Of a DNA stretch of 64,000 bases, positions 53,689-64,000 are shown piece by piece. The notes beneath the pieces are model-generated. The model worked only from the letters and a program-made list of their open reading frames with translations, ran no database searches and was not told the DNA's origin. The number at the start of each line of letters is the position of its first letter. The first letter of the stretch is position 1. A program made the translations under genes and the position numbers. The DNA comes from Bigelowiella natans CCMP2755 (lineage: Eukaryota > Protista > Cercozoa), in the NCBI GenBank assembly GCA_000320545.1, contig ADNK01000981.1, positions 1 through 64,000 of the forward strand, written 5' to 3'.

Positions 53689-54375
53689 GATCTTATGTAC
53701 TGATTTAGTAGTACTAGTAGTAGTTATAGCACCGTTTTTGAGAGATGAGCTTGGTTTTATCACAACACCTCCATTCACCTAAGTGGTGATGGTGATGGTG
53801 ATGATGATTAAACCGGAAGATATTAATGAAGATTACGGGTGAATATATTGATTTTGGGTGCAAGCACCAAGTTATATAATGTCTCATCATCATCATCAAC
53901 ATCATCATCAAACTACCTTGACTCTTCCTTCTCGATGAGCGATTTAAGCCGCTCTCTTGATAATGCTCGATCTTCTGCCGCTGATGCATCAGCAATGAAC
54001 CTGAGAGAGGAAGAAGAAGAAGAAGAAGAAGAAGAAGAAGAAGAAGAAGAAGAAGAAGAAGAAGAGGGAGGAGAATGTTTCACACACACACACACACACA
54101 CATACACAAATCATAATATAGTGCTGAAGATGGTCTTATGGAGCACTCCTCCCCTCTCTATTCGTTCAAAGTTTACAACAACAACAACAACAACAACAAC
54201 GGTAACAGCATGCGTAAATTACTTGTCCAGTCGATAGTGGTTTCCCTTTGCAGTTGGTCCCTTCTTCTTAGTCTTGGTCCCTGCTGATACTTGGGTTGTT
54301 GTGTCGTCCATCATCATCATCATCAATGCTGCAACTTCATCCTCCTTCTGCTTCTTCTTCTTTGATTCCCGATGG

Positions 54376-54407
<32 letters not shown>

Positions 54408-55289
54408 CAGTGGTACCCTCCATTCCGCTTTCCATCCTGAATCTTGTGGTATATCGATGGCTAAATTCGAAACATCTAAGATGAGTTCTTCTTCCTCCTC
54501 CTCCTCTTCCTGATCATTGTACCCATAATAGCCGTTCGAATTCCTACCCCCTTCTTCTTTTTCTTCTTCTTGTCGTTGTTCTTCTGGGTTGGAATTCGCA
54601 GTAGCAGCAGCGGTATTATTATTATTATTATTATTACTATTGTTGTTGTTGTCGTGGTTCCTAAAACTCGTACTAAAAGCTACTGCTGCTGCGGCTGCTG
54701 CAGGGGGCACAACGTGTCGTCGTCCTCCTCCACTCTTCCCTCCTCCTGTGCTGTCCTGAAGGGCGGTGGTGGAGATGTGGCGAGAAGTAGGAGCAATGGG
54801 TGGTATGAGGAGCGTTGATGGATTATCATCATCCTTAATCGTCACCATCATCGCGTTGTTGGGGATCATCCCGTGCTGATTATGAACGTTCCCGCTTTCG
54901 CCCCCCCCTCCACCATGCCGTCGCCGCCTTCTCCCACCACCAGAGAGAATTCGATAGCAGCCCCTTGTCTCGAGGTTACTTCTGGAGGACCTTATCCGTG
55001 CAGGGAGGACGGTGAAGGAAGAAGAAAATGGAAGTGACGGCGAGGAGGGTGGTTTTTTTTGGAGAGGGGTAGAAGTAGTAGTTCCATACTGGAACGTATT
55101 GTAGAGCTTAGTCTTACCCCAAAGACAGAAGATAGCGATAATAATAGCCATAAACTTCATCATCATCGGTACGTGGAGATGCAGCAGGTTTCTGCATTGA
55201 TGAAGATGACGACGACGACGATGATGGTGTGCTACTACGCTATCAGCGTCACCACCACCATTTCTGCCGCCGCTTGCATGCCCCAGCAT
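51000..55289 (-). CDS. rluD: RluA/RluD-family pseudouridine synthase with long bipartite-like leader, multi-exon
   Basis: [32 protein letters not shown] (catalytic Asp), [49 protein letters not shown]; HYRLDK at the start of an S4-like domain. Confidence 0.9.
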
Positions 55290-55437
55290 TGACCCCTTAC
55301 TACTTCCGTAGCGCTTACGTCCTCCTCCGTTTCGAATGGGCAGGTGCTATTGAGTCATGATGCTCTTCGTCTGTAGAGGATGCATGGATAGGGAGGGGGT
55401 GCTGTAGCGTACTGCACATAATAACTCCTTATCGATG

Positions 55438-55475
<38 letters not shown>

Positions 55476-55740
55476 TTCTCGCATTAAAAAATGACTACCA
55501 CTGACCAAGACCACAATATAGATGTTTTGGGCTTAAAAATTGGTCCAATATTTCTCAGAAACAACAAATCCAACACCCCGGCCTGCCACCACACCTTTCC
55601 GTCAGAAAGAGAAAGGCCAGCCATTCATTGCCCTCCTCAGTGACGAAGAGCTCCATCATTTGGCGGCTAGCGATCTTAGGTCCCGGTGCACTGCGTGAAA
55701 GAAGCGCCCATCCATTCACCACACTCTGGATAGTTGTCAG

Positions 55741-56729
55741 ATGTTGACGATGCAGCTGCTGAGGCCGCCTCCTCGCCTTATCCGGAGACCTGGCAAAAGG
55801 GCAATACTACTCGGTAGGAGAAGGAGGAGGAGGAGGTGGTGGTGGAGGTGGAGGAAGAGGAGGAGAGGAGCAGTTAATGGGAAAGATTTTCATTGTATTT
55901 GAATCGCCATTGAACACTAACACTGCAAGATTTGACGATTATCCATAAAAGAGACGATATGATTACAACATCTTAATCAATATCATCGTGTCGTTTATTG
56001 TATTTGCCCGTTGCCTGCTACTGCTTGATAGCTCCACATCGACCACGAACGAGGATGATTTTGAGTTCCTCCTCCTTCTTGTCGTCTCAAGTGCAGCATC
56101 AGAGTAAAGTGAGGGGCTGTGGTAATCAATCAACAATACCTTCGTTGTCGTCTCCTCGTGCTACTATGCCCTTTCTTGCTACGATGCGATGTGATCAATG
56201 TGGTACAATATACGCACTACACTAATATTGTATGTAGCGGTGCTTAATGCACACTCGATGATAATTGTTGTTGTTGCAGAATTCAAAGAAAAGCACTTGT
56301 TTGCTCCTCCAGGCTGTCCTTCTCTTACTTCTTCTTCAAGTTCCTTGTCTTCCTCTTTCTCCTCGTTGAGGCAAATGTCATCGTCGTCGTCACCCGGCAG
56401 ACCAATTAAGGATAATGATGATGATGATGATGAGGATGTGAGTTCAATATATTTATCTGAAGTGTAAGAACTACCGCTGCATCATATGTTGACAATATAT
56501 AATATATGAGAAGGACGACATACTACTGACACAGATCATCATGTTTCATTATATATTTCAGGAGGACAGTGAGAAATATCTCCAATTCCAAATATTAGAA
56601 GAGGCGGTTCGAAAAGTTGATAAATTTGCTGTCGATAAGCAAATACGCTTCATTGTTGATGTGAGTTAATGTTGAAGTTATTGATAAATCATATTTGCTA
56701 TATAGTCACTTGTTCTCTTATGATCATCG

Positions 56730-56761
<32 letters not shown>

Positions 56762-56900
56762 TATAAGGAGCATCGTTTAACGACAAATGACTTGGTTGAT
56801 CTCATGGAGGCTGCGAGTAAGTTAGATCATTATGAAAGGAGGAGGAGAAGGAGGGGGGGGGCTGTGTTCAGTTGAACGACGAATAAAAGCTCAGATATGT

Positions 56901-56942
<42 letters not shown>

Positions 56943-57403
56943 GTGTGTGTGTGTGTGTGTGTGTGTCAGGATCTCTACATTTATGGAACTCGGTGGAAAG
57001 TTTATACTCGATGGGAGATAAGATGAATCCCCAGATGAGAATGTCGCACTTGAAGTCGTTGATTCAAAAAGGTAGCACGTACTACAACTACTCAACTAGT
57101 AGATTGAGCATTGAATGGGAGCTGTAAGAAATAGGAAGGTACAAAAGATGATGAAGGAGAAGCCGTTTCATCATAAATGATGGCTATGATCAATCGCCAG
57201 ACTGTTCGTTGTTGTTGTTGTTGTTGTTGTTGTTGTATTTTATAGTGTTATTGGTTGTGTGCTACAGCTAAAACAACGTTGACCAAGGATGATGCTATTC
57301 GCTGTTACAAGTACTATGAGACTATGATCAAGGTGCTAGTAGTAGCAGCAGCAGCAGCAGCAGCAAGAAGAGTGGGGGGGGAGAGGACAAAGTGTAGAAG
57401 AAG

Positions 57404-57434
<31 letters not shown>

Positions 57435-58953
57435 GTATGCTCATGTTGATCTCGTCAAATGTAGAAGAAGAGGAGGAAGTAAGTAGTGATGTTGATCTCT
57501 CCGACGTTATTCTTCTTCTTCTTCTTGTTCTTTTTGTCTGTTGTCTGTGTTGGGCAGGATGGAGAGGAAATGGATGAATACGGTGTCAAAGAACTCATTA
57601 CGACTCTACTCAAGGTAATAAGAATATACATATAATCCATGTGCTTTCTACAGCAAACGATCATTGCAAAGAAAATGAAAGCACAAGCACTGCCTCATCA
57701 CTACACATGATGCAAACAATGTTGACACCGTCCTCCTCATCACTACACATGATGCAAACAATGTTGACACCGTCCTCCTCATCCTCCTCCTCCTCCCCCG
57801 CCTCTCCTTTCAGGCCAAAGAGGGTACAAAAGCAGTTTACGTCTACATGAAACATGTGAGTAGTATTATTGAGCTACTACGACTATCACTACCATAATTA
57901 CTTATCCTGCATAATCGTATTGCTGCATCCATCATCGTGACGTCATATAATATATTGAATAGATGTCAGGAGATGGGAGAGCAGTAGAGCTCCTTGGTTT
58001 TGAAGTCTTACGGGACTTACTCCGTGCAAGCAATAAAGATCGACGAAGTCCTTCTCCTCATCCTCCTATTCCTTCTCAAGACGGCTACTACCAAAAAGAT
58101 TATCTAGAAGCTATTCTACATGACATCAAATCAACCGGAAATCAAGAGGAGTAATGATAATATGTAACAATAATAACAACAATAATAATAATAATAATAA
58201 TAATGATTATAATGTCTAAATCCAGCAGCAGCAGCATTCTTTGCATAATAATGTGTTTGTACGGCGGAATTTGGGTAGTAGTCTGTGATATCACGAAGAA
58301 TGTCAGTACACTTTGTACACATGCACAAGTTTTCAACGCACTGTGTCAATTCAGATATCTTCTTTCTTGCCTTCAAATTGGGGAATACTCTGAGATTATT
58401 AACCTCATCGAGGACAATGATGATACATCGGTTAGTAGTAACTTAACAATGATGATGATGATGATGATGATGATGATATGATATGATATGATGGTGATGA
58501 TGATGTTGACGATAATATGCTACAGACCGAAGAGGTGTTATTCTGGGCAGGGAAGTTGGCAGCTTACGTGACTGACAAAATGAATTTGAAGATGTACCCT
58601 CCCAAACACAATGCAGAAGCTCTAAGCAAAGTCATACAATTGCCCCAAATCCTAAGAACTCAAAGGAAAATCACCCCCAACAGCTTCATTCTTAAATGTG
58701 CTTTTAAAGCTGCTATTCTAGGTAGAAGTTGTAGTAGTAGTTGTTGTTGTCGGTGTTGTAGCTACTAAAGAGGATATGTACTGAATTGCTTTGAAGAGTG
58801 ATCATAGTCATGTGTTATTGATTTTGATTGATGCGTATTATTCGTGTTGATTAGTTGACAACAGCATTGTGGATGTAAAGCGTGCATTCGAGGATTTTCG
58901 TCAAAATGGCAATCTATCTGAGTGAGTAGTGCGACAACACCAAATAATAGCAC

Positions 58954-58988
<35 letters not shown>

Positions 58989-59175
58989 TGTGTGATGCAT
59001 ATGACACTGAATATCATACAAACTTAGAATTGAGCTGAGACATTACATTTATTTCTGCAAGCGCAAGGTAACATCTACCCACCATCATGCATGATTATTA
59101 TCATTAATATTGTTTCCATATTTATCATTATCTAGCACTCTGTATATGTTTCTGTTGTTAAGGCTACGACTACCA

Positions 59176-59210
<35 letters not shown>

Positions 59211-59277
59211 TTATGCTAGGATGTACCACTCGACTACGACGAAATCAAAAAGATGCAGCAATCAGCACAGTTAAGCC

Positions 59278-59312
<35 letters not shown>

Positions 59313-59702
59313 GTATCAAATCCTCTTTCTACTACCCGTCCGTTGAGGTACATGTGCGTGCTTGTGTTATAACAGAATCAGTCCTGATAAGTTGATGTGG
59401 AAGGCTTTCATTGAGATATCGAGGTAGTAGTAGTAGTAGTAGTAGTAATAGTAGCCGTATCGAGATAAATGATAACATCGGTAGTAGTAAGACAATGCTG
59501 CTGCTGCTGCTGATGATGATGATGATAACACATAATAATAATAATAATAATGTCAACTTAACTACAATCACCACCACCACCGCACAAAAGCAGCATATAC
59601 TACCACTACTACTATTACTACCACTACTAAATTTTCCAACAACGACTACCATAACTACTACTAGCACTATTGAATGTCAGTCTACACACATAGGTATATA
59701 TT

Positions 59703-59740
<38 letters not shown>

Positions 59741-60248
59741 AATATAGTACCGCTGAAGAGGCGCAACATGAGTTTGACAAAGCTATAGAGGTGATAGAGA
59801 TAATGGTTGTTGTGTATTCACTGAAATTGAAATGGTGACTACTACTTAAACTGCGTAGAATGATCGAGTAGAACTAGAAGTGGTAGTAGTAGTAGTAGAT
59901 GTAGTAGTAGTGGAAACAGTAAAGGAAATCATTTAGAATAGAGGACCTCATCATCTTCTCTTCATATTCATCCTTAGCAGTTTCATAATAATCGATACCA
60001 TATAATAATGATAGTTTATTATTATCATCTTCATCATCATTTTTTGGTAAGGTTGAGGTTGCGTGTAATCCCCCTCCTCCTCCTTCATAGATGTTTCCTG
60101 GTGCAAAAGCACTTTTGGCGGGAAGTCTAATGCGCAAACTAGGAGATCTAGGCAACTTCAAAGCTGCTGTCGATTTGTACACGGAAGTGGTATTATGATC
60201 TTACACAACTACGACAATAATTACAGGTACACATGATCTTAAATATAC

Positions 60249-60288
<40 letters not shown>

Positions 60289-60614
60289 GTAAAGAGTGCT
60301 ATGCAGGGCTGGGGGCATAAAGCAGAAGCAGCAGATCGATTGACGCATCAAAAGAAAAATGATGAGAAGGATAAGGATGATGATGGGAAGAGGACTAGAA
60401 CAAGCCTTTTTCCTCGTCATCATCATCCTCTTTCTTTGTCCTTTACGCGAGAAGAGCTCCAGCTTGAGCTGCGCTACCTTCAAGTCTTAGGGCATCAGAT
60501 GGACAAGAATAGAAACCAAGAAATTGCCACGATGATTCGCAAGTATGCTGGAAAATTCTCCTTTCTCGCGTCCCAGCAAGGTAAATAATTATGACAAATG
60601 ATGATGATAAAGTA

Positions 60615-60645
<31 letters not shown>

Positions 60646-61779
60646 GTGATGGTGATGATGAGTACCCCTTCCCCTCTAATTAAAAGATGATAGATAACAA
60701 CTACTATATTGATCGGTTCTTCATTGATTGATTCAGGGGAGAAACACCTCGTTGATGATATTGCTTCCAAATTGGTAATACGACGTGGTGTGCCGTCGTA
60801 AGTAAATAAGTACATACACCTGCCAGAAGGAGCAGTGTGAGACAAAGGGATACACACCAACACACACACACACAGACAGTTAAGATGTAAAAAATACACC
60901 AAGTGTGTGTTATGTGTATTGGATACTAATATTGGCAGTTGTAGCACACCACTGTTATTGTTGTCATCAATGATAATAATAATGATAATATTATGATAAT
61001 TATTATGAATGTGTTGCTTCTTTGGCAGATGAGGCTCCTTTTAGAAATTGGAGAAAAGTTTGAGAACATCAACCAGATATGGCGACAAGTAGAAACCACC
61101 GACCCAAATTCGTTGAATATCGTAAGAATTATCAGCAAATCATCATTATCATCCTGCCTCCTTACCATTGCAACTACCACCACGCATTCGTATAATCTAT
61201 ATCTACTAACATATATCGTTGATAATATATTTGATTTAGTTGATTGTATATCACAACAAAAAACTACTATTTATGGTATGATGATAATGGATTGGCTGAA
61301 AGATGGAACTTATTTTCCTTTTTCTTGTTCTTCTTTTTGGTCTTAGATCGAGAATGGAGGGTTGACGTCTCTGTGCCTTGAATATATATATATCCTCTTA
61401 AAATATGAAAAAGTAGCTACCTACTCACAAAACAACGAAATATTACACATACACATTCGTTCATTTTGTGGTTTGTTTGATGAGAGAATTTGAATGGCAT
61501 TCGTCCTTGACGATGTATTATGTTGTGGTAATACTTAATTTTATTCTTCTGCTTCTTCTTTTTAGACGGATTGCGCTATGGAACTACTCCGTCAGATAGC
61601 GGTTGTGTACATAAATTATATTATAAATTCCTACCGCATTGTCTATACTACATCGTGCTTTGAGCACCATCATCATCATCATCATCGTTATATTATTCAG
61701 ATGATGCATGATAACAAGAAGGCGGAGATCGGACTACTCAGAGGGTAGAGTGCAGTACATCAGCAGATATTAGTTGTGC

Positions 61780-61812
<33 letters not shown>

Positions 61813-62697
61813 AATTGGGGCTAATTTCTTCTTCCTCTTGTTGTTGTTGTTATTGTTGTTGTTGTCGTTTCTCCTCTCCTCTCCTCTTCTTTCCTTCTAA
61901 TTGGAAGGCCAAGGCCCAGAGAAAGAGTAGTATTCGTAATGATGCTGCAAACGTACAAGTCGCTAGGAGAGAAGGAGAAGATATCTGAAATATACTCTTT
62001 GTTAAGGCAATGCGGGGTAGGATGATCATCACAGAATTAGCAGCACGCTACTACTACTACTACTCCTGATGATGATGATATGCACTCGCTATGATCTAAT
62101 AAGATATAATAGATACCACAACAAATTGATGAAACTTCTTCTCTTAACTACCACCACCTTCAAGATATATCTTGACACTGAGATGCTCAAAGCTTTCATC
62201 GATGTCAGCTTCTCCTTATGGACTGCAGAACTCATGGTCAAACATCATCCTCCTCCTCCTCACCATCATCATTATCGTCACCATAAGCATAAAATACCAA
62301 CATCAAACAAGAAGTAGTAATCGAAGAACAATACTAACGTGTGTGGTGATGTGTTTGTCAATCTATGTTATTGTCTAATGTGCCTATTAACAGCGAGAAG
62401 TGTGCGAGGATACCGTCGCTGATGCTTCTTCACCATTATCATCATCATACGTGCCGCTACTTCCTCGAGATGACCCCATCACCCTATTGAAGGCTCTTTA
62501 CATCTTTGTCCATGAAGTAGTAATAGTAGTAGCAGCAGCAGCAGCACTTATACCGTAGTAACAACATCGTTTAACACAAGACAGCTTTATTAGTATTAAA
62601 AAGATACTAATCAGGAGAGGCTGTTGGTTATTTTCTTTTCTCGCGCTTCCTTTTGCCATTGTCGTCATCGTCGTCATCGTCAATGTCGTCGTGTGTT

Positions 62698-62738
<41 letters not shown>

Positions 62739-63472
62739 ATCATCATCATCATCATCATCATCATCACCATCATTATTTAGAATTGCGTTCCTGATGAGGA
62801 GGTCGTCCTGGCAATGTTAAATGCTCTCTTTGCTGAGAACAACAGTGACAGCATATCATTATCACTATCCACACTCTATGAGGAATCAGTGCTAAGATTC
62901 GTGAGGGAGGTGAAGGAGGGGAGAGAATTCCTACAAAAGGATGAGGACGTCGATGATGATAACGTCCACGTAGAAGAAGAAACCTTGTAAGATGACTTTA
63001 ACTTGCAGTAGATCATAAGAGCAGCCTAATTTGACTCGACCAATTCCAAGCAATGATGAGCAAAAACAAGAAGAAAGAAGAGAGTCATGATAAATGAATG
63101 AATGAATGAATGGGTTGTTATTATCTTTATGTTATTCTTAATGTTATTCTTTCTTATCTTCTTAACAGCCAATCCAATGCCAAGACTTTCGTGATGCTTA
63201 TGGAGCTATTATCGAGTTTATCATCATCATCATCATCTTCGTCGTCAACCGTGGATAGCGATGTTGAAGAGGATATGAAGAGGGTCACAACAACTGCTTT
63301 ATCCCTCGCACTATGGGCGTCTGCGCTTGCAAAGTCGGAAGAGGGCAGGGGGGAGGAGGAAAAGGACGAATTACATCTAAAAAATAATACAAATTTGCAA
63401 GCTGCAAAAGAGAAGTGTGCTATGGCTTGTGACAAATTATTACTCCTCGATCAGGTGAGAGGATCTCTTTCT

Positions 63473-63545
<73 letters not shown>

Positions 63546-63616
63546 ATATACATATCACATAAATAAGTATCCTGTGCTTATGATGATTCTGTCTTCTCTT
63601 AAAGTGAATAGTGATT

Positions 63617-63648
<32 letters not shown>

Positions 63649-63797
63649 ATGTGTATATTGTCTCTCATTTTCCTCTCCTCCTCCTCCTCCTCCTCCTTCT
63701 CCTTCTTCTTCTTGTTGTTGTTGCTATGATAGGGGGGAGAGCAAGATCCGTTGATATCTTCAGCCGTTATGCGTGCAATTAAAGTATGTATGAGTTT

Positions 63798-63848
<51 letters not shown>

Positions 63849-64000
63849 TATTATATATATATAATATGCTATGCAGGACACAAAGAGTTACGAGCAGTAT
63901 CTTAAAATGGTTTCGAAACCAGAGGACAACCAAGATGATATGGTATAGATAATACAAGCATGTAGGTTGTATGGGCAATGATCATCTTTGTGTTCTTTAC
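55741..64000 (+). CDS. Large multi-exon hypothetical alpha-helical protein, probably mitochondrion-targeted (possibly PPR/TPR-like); continues past window end
   Basis: Many short GT-AG-flanked exons with helical sequence (FQILEEAVRKVDKF, DAIRCYKYYETMIK, LMRKLGDLGNFKAAVDLYTE, EMLKAFIDVSFSLW). Arg/Ser/Leu-rich N-terminus MLTMQLLRPPPRLIRR...SLRQMSS. Confidence 0.6.
57693..57776. repeat. Perfect 42-bp tandem duplication, probably intronic
   Basis: cctcatcactacacatgatgcaaacaatgttgacaccgtcct x2. Confidence 0.92.

Overview
Eukaryotic nuclear DNA, gene-dense and very intron-rich. The splice junctions I traced are GT-AG in the standard code, and many introns are filled with microsatellites. Bipartite-looking leaders on an eIF4A and an RluD-type enzyme, plus calcineurin, dynactin and flagellar genes, suggest a secondary-plastid alga such as a chlorarachniophyte (inference only). 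Genes spliced by hand, in order: two-pore channel (-, runs off the left edge), a possible basic multi-exon ORF (-), TBC1D23-like (+), eIF4A with leader (-), dynactin p62 (+), intronless SAM synthetase (-), CFAP100-like (+), calcineurin A (-), adenylate kinase (+), katanin p60 (+), RluA/RluD pseudouridine synthase (-), and an unknown probably mitochondrial helical protein (+, runs off the right edge). The most striking unexplained signal lies in spacers downstream of gene 3' ends. There, TpA is almost absent from a ~1 kb tract and from a 408-bp TIR element, although TpA is abundant elsewhere. TG, CA and CG are plentiful in these tracts, and in the ~1 kb tract the surviving TpA is almost all in CTAG. 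This looks like a RIP-like but adenine-directed (TA to TG/CA) hypermutation of silent or repeat DNA. Counts are by eye and exon boundaries are approximate.
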